NCBI GenBank assembly: GCA_965277805.1
Contig: OZ255842.1
Span: forward strand, 3,904,001-3,968,000
DNA length: 64,000 nucleotides
Reading direction: 5' to 3'
From: Candidatus Lustribacter sp.
Lineage (GTDB): Bacteria; Vulcanimicrobiota; Vulcanimicrobiia; Vulcanimicrobiales; Vulcanimicrobiaceae
The notes under the pieces are model-generated. The model searched no databases. It saw only the letters and a list, made by a program, of their open reading frames with translations, and had not been told where the DNA came from. How positions within the stretch are numbered: the stretch's first letter is position 1; every line of letters starts with the position of its first letter. The position numbers were made by a program, and so were the translations under genes. Positions 9,021-17,346 of this stretch are shown here, one piece after another.

Positions 9021-9392
9021 ATGGCACGAATCAAGCGCGGCGTACATGGCTTAAAGCATCGCCGCAAAGTGATGAAGCTCGTCAAGGGCTTCCGCGCGGC
9101 ACGCCGCCGCAATTACCGCGTCGCAAACGAAGCACTGCTCCATTCTCTGGCATACTCGTATCGCGACCGCCGCGTGCGCAAGCGCGACTTCCGCTCGCTC
9201 TGGATCGCCCGCATCAACGCGGCCGCGCGCGCCGAGGGTCTGACGTATTCGCGTCTGATCGCCGGCCTCAAGAAGAGCGGCGTCGTGGTCAACCGCAAGA
9301 CACTGGCCGAACTCGCCGTCCACGACCACGCCGCCTTCGCCCAGCTCCTCACCACCGCCAAAAACGCCAACGGCGCCACGACGGCGGCCTAA
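9021..9392 (+). CDS. rplT: 50S ribosomal protein L20
   Basis: [31 protein letters not shown] and NRKTLAELA. Confidence 0.97.
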   Translation: MARIKRGVHGLKHRRKVMKLVKGFRAARRRNYRVANEALLHSLAYSYRDRRVRKRDFRSLWIARINAAARAEGLTYSRLIAGLKKSGVVVNRKTLAELAVHDHAAFAQLLTTAKNANGATTAA

Positions 9393-9401
9393 CGGCCCCA
9401 C

Positions 9402-9427
9402 TGTCATCCCGAGCTTGTCGAGGGACA
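9402..9427 (+). repeat. REP-like palindromic repeat, copy 1
   Basis: TGTCATCCCGAGCTTGTCGAGGGACA, identical to 48655-48680 and to the reverse complement at 28106-28131. Confidence 0.85.
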
Positions 9428-9433
9428 GCCACC

Positions 9434-9465
9434 AACCGCTCCGATCATCGGGGCGGTTTTTCTTT
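9434..9465 (+). terminator. Intrinsic terminator after rplT
   Basis: AACCGCTCCGA-TCA-TCGGGGCGGTT followed by TTTCTTT. Confidence 0.8.
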
Positions 9466-9512
9466 GCCCGCGAATGTCGATTGCGCACCCCGCCGTTCGT
9501 CTGAGGAACGTG

Positions 9513-9875
9513 ATGACATACATGCTGCTGATCTACACGCCCAACATCGGGCGCGACCGCACGGATGAAGAGTGGGAGGCGATGGTCGAGCCGTTCGTCG
9601 CCTACAACGAATATGTGAAGGGCACGGGCTATTACGTCGACGGATCGCCGCTGGCCGAGCTCAGCACCGCGACCACCGTGCGCATCCGCGACGGCAAGCG
9701 CGTGATCACCGATGGGCCGTTCGCGGAGACGAAAGAGTGGCTCGGGGGCTTCTACATGCTGGAGTGCCCCTCGATCGACGAGGCGATCGAAATCGCCGCC
9801 AAGTGCCCGGCGGCCCAGTTCGGTTCGATCGAGCTGCGGCCCGTGATCGACGGCCCCGGCGCGGATGGCGGCTAG
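9513..9875 (+). CDS. YciI/DGPF family protein
   Basis: [28 protein letters not shown] and GSIELRP. GAGGA precedes the ATG at 9513. Confidence 0.9.
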   Translation: MTYMLLIYTPNIGRDRTDEEWEAMVEPFVAYNEYVKGTGYYVDGSPLAELSTATTVRIRDGKRVITDGPFAETKEWLGGFYMLECPSIDEAIEIAAKCPAAQFGSIELRPVIDGPGADGG

Positions 9876-11112
9876 CGCCGACGAGCGCATCGCGCAGTGC
9901 TTCCGTGACGACGGCGGACGCGCCGTGGCCTCGCTGGCCCGCGCCGTCGGCGATCTTCGCTTGGCGGAGGACGCCGTGGCGGACGCCTACGTCGTGGCGC
10001 TCGAACGCTGGCCGCTCGACGGTTTCCCGGCCCATCCATCGGCGTGGATCCTCACCACCGCGCGGCGCCGCGCGATCGATCGCTTGCGCCGCGAACGCGT
10101 CGGGCGCGAGAAGCTGGCGCGCCTGGCGGTACTCGATGCCGCCGATGCCGCCGCCGGCGTTGCCGGCGAAAATGAGGATGAGGCAATGAGCGCGATCGAC
10201 GACCGGCTCGGCTTGATCTTCGCCTGCTGCCATCCGGCGCTCGGACTCGATGCGCGCATCGCGCTGACCCTCAACGCGCTCGGCGGTTTGTCGACGGCGG
10301 AGATCGCCGACGCGTTTCTCGTGCCGCCGGCGACGATGGCGCAACGTTTGGTGCGCGTGAAGCGCAAGATTCGCGACGCTGCGATCCCGTTCGACGTCCC
10401 GCCCGAACCGCGCTTAGCCGAACGGCTCGACGACGTATGCAGCGTGATCTACCTGATCTTCAACGAAGGCTACGCCGCGACGTCGGGCGAGCAGTTGATC
10501 CGCGCGGAGTTGTGCCGCGAAGCGATTCGCCTCGCGCGCGTCCTGGCGCAACTGATGCCGCAAGAGCCTGAGGTGATGGGGCTGCTCGCGCTCTTGCTCT
10601 ATCACGATTCACGCCGCGGCGCGCGCACCGACGGCTCCGGCGCACTCGTCACGCTCGCGACGCAAGATCGCACGCTCTGGGATTGCGATGCGATTGCGGA
10701 GGCCAACGGGCTGCTCGCGGCCGCGGCGCGCCATCGCAGCGTCGGTCCCTATCAACTCGAAGCCGCCATCGCGGCCGCGCACGCGCACGCCCCGTCCGCC
10801 GAACGCGTCGACTGGACGGCCATCGTGTCGCTCTACGATCAGCTCTGCGCGATCGCTCCCTCACCCGTCGCGGCCCTCAACCGCGCCGTCGCCATCGCAT
10901 ACGCGCAAGGCCCGCAGGCGGGCGCCGCCGCCCTCGACGCACTCCCCACCGAAGAACTCGACACCTATCACCTCTATCACGTCGCGCGCGCCGACACACT
11001 GCGCCGCTTAGGTAACATCCCCGAAGCCCGCTCTGCGTATGAACGCGCTCTCACCCAAACGCAACACCCTAGCGAACAAGCCTTCCTCCGAAGAACCATC
11101 AGCGAACTCTGA
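9865..11112 (+). CDS. ECF sigma factor with C-terminal TPR-like extension (ECF42-type)
   Basis: [43 protein letters not shown] and [11 protein letters not shown]. Adjacent to a DGPF gene, as is typical for ECF42. Confidence 0.88.
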   Translation: MAASADERIAQCFRDDGGRAVASLARAVGDLRLAEDAVADAYVVALERWPLDGFPAHPSAWILTTARRRAIDRLRRERVGREKLARLAVLDAADAAAGVAGENEDEAMSAIDDRLGLIFACCHPALGLDARIALTLNALGGLSTAEIADAFLVPPATMAQRLVRVKRKIRDAAIPFDVPPEPRLAERLDDVCSVIYLIFNEGYAATSGEQLIRAELCREAIRLARVLAQLMPQEPEVMGLLALLLYHDSRRGARTDGSGALVTLATQDRTLWDCDAIAEANGLLAAAARHRSVGPYQLEAAIAAAHAHAPSAERVDWTAIVSLYDQLCAIAPSPVAALNRAVAIAYAQGPQAGAAALDALPTEELDTYHLYHVARADTLRRLGNIPEARSAYERALTQTQHPSEQAFLRRTISEL

Positions 11113-11129
11113 ACGAGTGCAGTGCCCCT

Positions 11130-11330
11130 TGTCACCCCGAGCAAAGCACCGAAGGTGCGTCCACGAGGGGCGCGAGAGCGTCCTCGCCATCGAGTGCGAG
11201 TGCGAAGGCACGAGCAGTGGATAAAAAAAGACAAAAGTAACCACTGCTCCCGCCGTCGCGGTCGCACGCTAATCGCCGAGATTTTCTCGCATTCCTCGTC
11301 GACGCGCCTTCGGCGCTGCTCGGAATGACA
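11130..11330. repeat. About 200-nt imperfect palindrome with REP-like arms (MITE/BIME-like)
   Basis: Left arm TGTCACCCCGAGCAAAGCACCGAAGGTGCGTCCACGAGG against right-arm reverse complement TGTCATTCCGAGCAGCGCCGAAGGCGCGTCGACGAGG. Inner pair GAGCAGTGG/CCACTGCTC surrounds an A-rich loop. Confidence 0.75.
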
Positions 11331-11358
11331 TATAAACAACAGCCCTGCGGGTGGCCGG

Positions 11359-11544
11359 TTAGTCTTTTTCGTCGAGGAAGATGCGTTTGCCGATGATGAC
11401 GAGGAGGCCGCCGAGGATTAGGACGCCGAGGACGAAGACGATCGCGTCGATGATCAGATTTTGCTGCGAGATGCCGCCTTTGGCCGGGGCTTCGGGGGCG
11501 GTGAGTTGTGAAGTGATGTCGGCGATGATTGCGAGCACGTTCAT
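11359..11544 (-). CDS. Small single-TM membrane protein (61 aa)
   Basis: ATGA overlap with the PCuAC stop. Hydrophobic IIDAIVFVLGVLILGGLLVII followed by KR. Confidence 0.65.
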   Translation of the reverse strand: MNVLAIIADITSQLTAPEAPAKGGISQQNLIIDAIVFVLGVLILGGLLVIIGKRIFLDEKD

Positions 11545-11945
11545 ATTGGCCGCACCCGTACGGTAACCGACGTCCAGCCGGCGCGCGCGAAGTGGAGCTG
11601 CAACGGGAATTGCGTGTTGGGATGTAGGTCGTGGCGCAGGTCGATTGCCATGAGGTGATAGCCGCCGGGGGCGAGCGTGACGCTGCCGTGGGCGGGAATC
11701 GTTAACGCGCGGACGCGCTCCATCGACATGACGCCGGTCATCTTCATGCCGGGCATCGATTTGCTCTCATCCATCGACTCGTGGATCTCGACCACACGCG
11801 CGACCGGCGTGCGCGCCGCATCCAGTTGGTCCGGTACGTCACCGCGGTTGCTGAGGCGCATGTATACGACGCCGGTGCCGATCGCCGGCCGCGACCAGGC
11901 ATCGGAAACCGTCAGCGCTGCAGCCATCGCGAGCGCTGCGATCAC
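11541..11945 (-). CDS. Copper chaperone PCu(A)C
   Basis: VSDAWSRP, EIHES...MSM and LAPGGYHLM with a Met-rich insert. The GTG start overlaps the SCO stop. Confidence 0.88.
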   Translation of the reverse strand: MIAALAMAAALTVSDAWSRPAIGTGVVYMRLSNRGDVPDQLDAARTPVARVVEIHESMDESKSMPGMKMTGVMSMERVRALTIPAHGSVTLAPGGYHLMAIDLRHDLHPNTQFPLQLHFARAGWTSVTVRVRPI

Positions 11946-12520
11946 GAGCGCGCCTGCTGCATCAGCGTGGCCAACTCGTCGGGTGAATCGCTCCAGTCGC
12001 CGGTGCCGCGCAAACGGCCTTCGGGCGAGATGAACTGCACGGCCGAACTGTGCGCGACGATGTAGCCGTTCGCGCTGCCCTTGCCGGGCGCGATCTCGTG
12101 ATAGACGTGATACGCATCGTAGACCGGACCAAGTTGCGCCGCGGTTCCGGTGAGCCCGGTGAACGACGGATCGAACAAATGCACGTAGCGTTTGAGCACG
12201 GCCGGGTTGTCGCGCGCCGGATCGACCGTCACCAGCACGACGTCGAAGTTCGCGCCCGCCGCGCCGAGCTTGCGCTTCGCGCGCGCCAACGCCGAAAGCG
12301 TCGTCGGGCACACGTCGGGACAGTGCGCGTAACCGAAGAATAGTGCCATTGCATGTCCCCGCTGTGCGGAGAGCGTGTACGGTTTGCCGTCCTGATCGGT
12401 GAGCGTGAAATCCGGCGCGCGCGGTCCCGAGGGCAACAGGGCGCGTGCGGTCAATGCCGCGACCGAGGCGAAGATGAGCACGGCCGCCGCAATCCAGGTC
12501 AGACGAGTGCGCTGCTTCAA
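11942..12520 (-). CDS. SCO1/SenC family copper chaperone
   Basis: FTLTDQDG, FFGYAHCPDVCPTTL, VTVDPARD and AHSS. The TTG start overlaps the upstream stop (TTGA). Confidence 0.92.
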   Translation of the reverse strand: MKQRTRLTWIAAAVLIFASVAALTARALLPSGPRAPDFTLTDQDGKPYTLSAQRGHAMALFFGYAHCPDVCPTTLSALARAKRKLGAAGANFDVVLVTVDPARDNPAVLKRYVHLFDPSFTGLTGTAAQLGPVYDAYHVYHEIAPGKGSANGYIVAHSSAVQFISPEGRLRGTGDWSDSPDELATLMQQARS

Positions 12521-13542
12521 CCCGCCGGAACCGCCCCGCGCCGCTCGTTGGCGGCCAGCTGCTTCACGAGCTTGCGCGCGGCCAGCGCCGCCGCGTCGCC
12601 CGGAATGCTCAGCTCGATATGCTCGGGCGGCAAACGCTGCAAGCGCGCTTCTTGCGCGGCCAGCGCCGCGACGTCTTGATCGAAGATCGCGCTCGAACCC
12701 TTGTGCCAGCCTTCGCTGACGGCCGGATCGTCGAGCGCGTAGTCGCGCGCTACGGCCCAGTTGTAGCGGGTGCGCGTTGCGGTCTCGGGCGTAACGCAGT
12801 GGATCACGACGAAGCTCAACGTCGGATAGCCCGGCTCGGTCGAAGCCGCCTTTGCGCGCGTCAACACCATCCCGGGCGGATGGAACTCCGCGATCTGCGT
12901 GCGGTCGATGCGTTCGCTCACGCCGAACTTCGCGAAGAGCGCCGGCGGCGGGATGTTCTTCATCAAGCGCGTCGCGCGCACGCAATCGGGTTCGGTCTGG
13001 GTGACGATCGGCGTCTCAGCGACCGAGCTGTTGCCGATCGTTTCGGGATGCAAGAACGCCTCGTGCGAGAGGTCCATCAAGTTCTCGATCAGCAACTGCG
13101 CGCGCGCCTCGAGAATCTTCGTGCCGTGCACGGACGTCCAGCCCGGCGCGGCCAGCCACTGTTCTTTGATCTGCGTGGGATCGGCTTGGCCCGGATCGCC
13201 GGCGTACAGCCAGATCAATCCGCCGCGCTCGTGCAGCGGAAACGCGCGCACGCGCATGGCGGCCGGTGTGCGTCGCTCGCCCGGCACGCGCGCGCAGGCG
13301 CCGTCACAACCGAATGTGATGCCGTGGTAGCCGCACTCGACGTTGTCGCCTTTAAGGCGGCCCAAGGCGAGCGGGTACTGACGGTGCGGACAGGTGCCTT
13401 CGAGGGCGACGGCCGTGCCGTCTTCGCGGCGGTAGAACACGATCGGGACGCCGCAGATCCAGCGCTCGACGAGTTCCCGACCGATCTCTTCGCTCCATGC
13501 GGCCGCGTACCACGCGTTCCGGACGAAGGGAATCACTTCCAT
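12517..13542 (-). CDS. Rieske non-heme iron oxygenase, VanA-like O-demethylase subunit
   Basis: RNAWYAAA, CPHR...CGYHG (Rieske), ENLMDLSHEAFLH (mononuclear Fe) and FDQD. Confidence 0.88.
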   Translation of the reverse strand: MEVIPFVRNAWYAAAWSEEIGRELVERWICGVPIVFYRREDGTAVALEGTCPHRQYPLALGRLKGDNVECGYHGITFGCDGACARVPGERRTPAAMRVRAFPLHERGGLIWLYAGDPGQADPTQIKEQWLAAPGWTSVHGTKILEARAQLLIENLMDLSHEAFLHPETIGNSSVAETPIVTQTEPDCVRATRLMKNIPPPALFAKFGVSERIDRTQIAEFHPPGMVLTRAKAASTEPGYPTLSFVVIHCVTPETATRTRYNWAVARDYALDDPAVSEGWHKGSSAIFDQDVAALAAQEARLQRLPPEHIELSIPGDAAALAARKLVKQLAANERRGAVPAG

Positions 13543-13583
13543 GGTGAGGGCCTGCGACGTTCGATCGGCAGCGCCCTGGCGGA

Positions 13584-14462
13584 TTAAGCCGGCTCGATCC
13601 GGTGCTCGCGATCGGCCGGCGTATGATCGCTGGCCAGAATGTCGACCAAGGTCGCCAGCGCGCGTTGCGCCGGCACGCGTTCGGGTTCGATGATGTCGTG
13701 CGACCAGCTCAAGCCGGCGAGCCGGTGCACGGCGATCGATGCGCCTGCCTTGCGCCAATCGTCGGCGAGGCGCTGCGCGGTGCGGTTGTTCACCGACGTC
13801 TCGGTTGCATTGATCACGATGTCGATTTCGCCCACCGACGGTACGCGCCGCGCGTCGTCGCGCGTCCGGTCGGCGATCGAGATGCCGGCGCGCAGTGCGG
13901 TCAGCGGATAGCGCGGGTAACCGTGCACCGGCTCGAGCCGTTCGCGCAGCACCGGGTCCCACCACAGAAACAGATTCGGCGCCAGCCCGAGCACCGCGAG
14001 CAGCAGCGGATGCGCTTCGTGCGGCACGCCGGCGATGCCCAGGAACGGCGCGACCGCCACCACGCGCGATGCCGCCGTTCCGCGCGCGGCGTAGTCGAGC
14101 GCGAGCGTCGCGCCGAGCGAGTGGCCCGCGACCGTCAGCGTTTCGCCGAGCGCTTGCGCCGCGCGCACGATGGCGGCAACGTCGTCGATCAACGCCTGCG
14201 CGCGCATCGCGCGCAGTGCGGTCGTCAAGCGATCGCGGTGGCCGTGCAAGAGCAAGCGCGGAACGACGACGGTTTGCCCGCGCGCAACCAGCGCTTCGGC
14301 AACGGCGCGCCACGCCGGCGGGCTCGCGGTGAGACCGTGCAGCAAAACCACGGCGCCCGCGCCGGCCGTGCCGGGAAACACTTGCGAACGCATCTCCGGC
14401 GCGACCGCCGGTTCGGCCGCATCGCGCTCGCGCAGAAACGCTTCGAGCGCCTCGACGTTCAG
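13584..14462 (-). CDS. Alpha/beta hydrolase (esterase-like); start uncertain (CTG 14462 or ATG 14393)
   Basis: LLHGLTASP, nucleophile elbow GHSLG, and a C-terminal His (WSHD). Confidence 0.8.
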   Translation of the reverse strand: MNVEALEAFLRERDAAEPAVAPEMRSQVFPGTAGAGAVVLLHGLTASPPAWRAVAEALVARGQTVVVPRLLLHGHRDRLTTALRAMRAQALIDDVAAIVRAAQALGETLTVAGHSLGATLALDYAARGTAASRVVAVAPFLGIAGVPHEAHPLLLAVLGLAPNLFLWWDPVLRERLEPVHGYPRYPLTALRAGISIADRTRDDARRVPSVGEIDIVINATETSVNNRTAQRLADDWRKAGASIAVHRLAGLSWSHDIIEPERVPAQRALATLVDILASDHTPADREHRIEPA

Positions 14463-14974
14463 CGCCGGCGTAGCGCCCACAGCACGGCAACCTGCGTCTT
14501 CGCATCGCGCAGTTCGTCGCGCTCGATCATCTCCATCACGCGCGTGAGCGGGAACGTCGCGATCTCGATCTCTTCTTCCGCGTCCGGTTCGGGTTCGCCG
14601 ATCTCGTAGCTGTCGGTGTGAAAGAAGTGCAGCAGCTCGTTGCAAAACCCGGGCGCCGAGTAGGCCGACCACAAACGCTGCACGGAGCGCGCGCGAAAGC
14701 CCGTCTCCTCGCGCAGTTCGCGTATCGCCGCTTCTTCAGGTGTCTCACCCGGATCGATGCCGCCGGCGCAAACCTCCCACGTGTCTTCGCCGATCGCGTG
14801 CCGATTCTGGCGCACCAAAACGATCTCGTCGGGCGCGGGCTGCGCGATTACCACCACCGCACCGCTGTGCTCGACGATCTCCAGCACGTGCTCTTTGCCG
14901 TGCGCTTCGACCGTATCGACGCGCAGGTTGATTACGCGCCCTTCGTAGATGCGCTTGGTCGAGACAACCTTCAT
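14459..14974 (-). CDS. NUDIX hydrolase (ADP-ribose pyrophosphatase-like)
   Basis: Nudix box GGIDPGETPEEAAIRELREETG, SAPGFCNE and DAKT. Confidence 0.9.
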   Translation of the reverse strand: MKVVSTKRIYEGRVINLRVDTVEAHGKEHVLEIVEHSGAVVVIAQPAPDEIVLVRQNRHAIGEDTWEVCAGGIDPGETPEEAAIRELREETGFRARSVQRLWSAYSAPGFCNELLHFFHTDSYEIGEPEPDAEEEIEIATFPLTRVMEMIERDELRDAKTQVAVLWALRRR

Positions 14975-14977
14975 CGT

Positions 14978-15859
14978 TTAAGGTACGACCGTGTTGGCGA
15001 GTTCTTCCAGCACCGTCGGACGACGCGGGTCCCAGCCCAGTTCGCGTTTGGCTTTCTCGCTGCTCAGCTGCAGATCGACCGCCAGCGCGTCGGCGAACCC
15101 GCCCATCGCAGCGCGCGCATTCTCCGGCGTGAGATGTTCGATCGAACCGTTGCCCCCGGCGGCGCGCGACGCGGCCCGTGCGATCTCCACGTACGGCACG
15201 GCGGCCGCGCTCGATGCATTGTAGATGCCGTTCGCCGGCGCTTTCTCGAGCGCCGCGGCGTAGAGTTCGGCCAGCGCGTCGACGCGCACCATCGGCCAGC
15301 GGTTCGCGCCGTCGCCGACGACGCGCACGGGTCCGGGCACGGCGCTTGCCATCAGCATGCCGACGATGCCGCCGCCGTCGCCGTAAACGACGCCCGGGCG
15401 AATCACGATCGCGCGCACGCCGCGCGAGCGCGCCGCGAGCACGCGGTCTTCGTGCGCCGGACGCCAGGCCACCATCGGGATCGGGTTGACCGGCGCATCT
15501 TCATCGATCACCGCATCGCCGCGGCTGCCGTACACCCACGCGCCGCTGGTGTAAACGATCGTGTGGTCGTTGGGCGCGACGCGTAAGAGCACGTCGAGCA
15601 GCTTCGCCTCGCGCGCGACGCCGTCCGGAGGCGTCGGCGCCGCGATATGCACCGTTGCATCGTGTTCGCGCGCGGCGAGTTCGATGACGTCGAGCGAGTC
15701 GAGCGAACCGTGAACGTGCGTCGCACCCAGCTTGCGCACCGTCGCGCCGGCCTCGTCACTGCGCACGAGCGCGGCGACGTGATGGCCGCGGCGCACGAGT
15801 TCGGCGACCACCGCGCGGCCGATGTAGCCGCTTCCGCCGGTAACGAAGATCCGCATCAA
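14978..15859 (-). CDS. NAD-dependent epimerase/dehydratase (atypical SDR)
   Basis: IFVTGGSGYIG, YTSGAWVYG and KAKRELGWDP. Confidence 0.87.
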   Translation of the reverse strand: MMRIFVTGGSGYIGRAVVAELVRRGHHVAALVRSDEAGATVRKLGATHVHGSLDSLDVIELAAREHDATVHIAAPTPPDGVAREAKLLDVLLRVAPNDHTIVYTSGAWVYGSRGDAVIDEDAPVNPIPMVAWRPAHEDRVLAARSRGVRAIVIRPGVVYGDGGGIVGMLMASAVPGPVRVVGDGANRWPMVRVDALAELYAAALEKAPANGIYNASSAAAVPYVEIARAASRAAGGNGSIEHLTPENARAAMGGFADALAVDLQLSSEKAKRELGWDPRRPTVLEELANTVVP

Positions 15860-16203
15860 TTTCCTCCGGGCGCGCGCTGTGGCGCCACGAGCGTTATCAG
15901 GTCAAAGACCAGAGCAATTTCAACCGCTACGATACACGAACCGTCCACCCAGCGCGCCGGCAGAAGTACGGACCACAGCGCGAGGATAGCCGCGCAGAGG
16001 TACGCGCCGGCTTTCGTGACCTGCACGCGCGCTTCGGGGTGCTCGGGGTGATAGGCGTTGCGCACGCCGTGCACGGCAACGTAGACGAGCGCCGCAGCGA
16101 TCAGCCAGCCCCACGGCTTGTGCATCCACATCATGACGAGCACGTTGTGGCCGCCGAGTGCGACCAAGACCGCGATCACCGCCAGCGCCGCGATCTCCAC
16201 CAT
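15856..16203 (-). CDS. Hypothetical membrane protein (about 4 TM)
   Basis: Hydrophobic C-terminal part of track ORF 15856..16455. Its stop overlaps the epimerase start. Confidence 0.65.
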   Translation of the reverse strand: MVEIAALAVIAVLVALGGHNVLVMMWMHKPWGWLIAAALVYVAVHGVRNAYHPEHPEARVQVTKAGAYLCAAILALWSVLLPARWVDGSCIVAVEIALVFDLITLVAPQRAPGGN

Positions 16204-16272
16204 CCGTCCCCGTTTCATCCGGCCCGGACGCTTCGGCAAGGCGGTGGCGACTCCGCCGTGAAGGTCGGGGCG

Positions 16273-17058
16273 GTGCCCACCGCGCTCAGCCCGCATAACC
16301 CGCGCATCGAGCGCGTCCGTGACCTGCGCACCCCCCGCGTGCGGCGCGAGCGGGGCCGCTTCGCCTTCGAGGGGCCGACGCTGCTGGCCGAGGCGCAGCG
16401 CAGCGGTATCACGATCGAGGAGCTCTACGGCACCGAAGCGGCCCTCGGCTCCCACGCGGCCCTCGTGGCCGAGTTCGAGGCGGCGGGCACGCCGGTTTTC
16501 GCCGTCCCCGACCGCACGCTGGCGCGCCTCTCGGACCTCGAGACGCCGCCCGGGCTGCTCGCGGTCGGTATCGTACCGGCGAGCGACGTGGCGACGATCC
16601 TGGAGCGTCCGGGGGCCGTTCTCTTGTTAGCCGGCATCAACGATCCGGGCAATGCCGGGACGCTGTTGCGCTCCGCCGAGGCCTTCGGAGCGGCCGGCGT
16701 GCTGTTCGGGCGAGGCGGGGTCGACCCGTTTGCCCCCAAGGTCGTCCGCGGGGCAATGGGCTCGCTCTTCCGGCTTCCGGTGGCAGTGGTGGAGGCCGAG
16801 GAGCTCTTTCTGGCCGCAGGGGCAGCTGGGCGGCCCATTATCGCAGCCGCACTCGATGGAGAGCCACTTGCGGGAGCGATGCTGCCCCCAGGCGCGATCC
16901 TCGCAGTCGGTAACGAACGGCATGGGGTCGGCGGCTTTCTGCCGCACTGGGACGCGGCGGTGCGGATCGAACAAGCGGCGGCCACCGAAAGTTTGAACGC
17001 TGCCGTCGCGGGCAGCATCCTGCTTTATGCCTTTTCCCTGCGAAAGGGCCAAAAATAG
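16273..17058 (+). CDS. TrmH/SpoU family RNA methyltransferase
   Basis: INDPGNAGTLLRSAEAFG, KVVRGAMGS, GNERHGV and ESLNAAVAGSILLY. Confidence 0.92.
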   Translation: MPTALSPHNPRIERVRDLRTPRVRRERGRFAFEGPTLLAEAQRSGITIEELYGTEAALGSHAALVAEFEAAGTPVFAVPDRTLARLSDLETPPGLLAVGIVPASDVATILERPGAVLLLAGINDPGNAGTLLRSAEAFGAAGVLFGRGGVDPFAPKVVRGAMGSLFRLPVAVVEAEELFLAAGAAGRPIIAAALDGEPLAGAMLPPGAILAVGNERHGVGGFLPHWDAAVRIEQAAATESLNAAVAGSILLYAFSLRKGQK

Positions 17059-17072
17059 GTGCTTGTCAAGAC

Positions 17073-17102
17073 TTGGCGAGCCTTATCCACAGGGGTTATA
17101 CT
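17073..17102 (+). promoter_or_regulatory. Putative sigma70 promoter with a consensus DnaA box in the spacer
   Basis: TTGGCG (17073-17078), TTATCCACA (17083-17091), TATACT (17097-17102). Confidence 0.55.
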
Positions 17103-17152
17103 CCGCACAGATTTCGCGAACACCACTCGTCCGAGAGAGGAATCGTCGACCG

Positions 17153-17257
17153 ATGCGCACTTCGGAGCTCTTCTGGAAACTGTTCGCCACGACCGGATCG
17201 ATCAACGCGTATTTGGTCTACCGGCGCCTGAATCCGACGGCCACTAGCGCGGGATAG
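17153..17257 (+). CDS. YqzL-like small protein (34 aa)
   Basis: MRTSELFWKLFATTGSINAYLVYRRL matches the W-x-x-F-x-x-TG-x-I-x-x-YL pattern of YqzL. GAGG lies upstream. Confidence 0.7.
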   Translation: MRTSELFWKLFATTGSINAYLVYRRLNPTATSAG

Positions 17258-17293
17258 CAGCCGAAGCAGCTCCAGCCCAAGTTGATCCCACGT

Positions 17294-17328
17294 AACGCCT
17301 GGTCGAAGGACCGGGCGTTTTGTTTTGT
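17294..17328 (+). terminator. Intrinsic terminator between the small ORF and pheS
   Basis: AACGCCTGGTC-GAAG-GACCGGGCGTT followed by TTGTTTTGT. Confidence 0.78.
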
Positions 17329-17346
17329 CCAACAACGGCGTTCGGG

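Noticed and set aside
17083-17091. Replication origin
   Set aside because: Only one DnaA box, no AT-rich unwinding element and no dnaA/dnaN nearby.
17103-17330. Canonical T-box riboswitch upstream of pheS
   Set aside because: No GGTGGnACC-type T-box sequence precedes the terminator, and the region carries a credible small ORF. Not called without an Infernal search.
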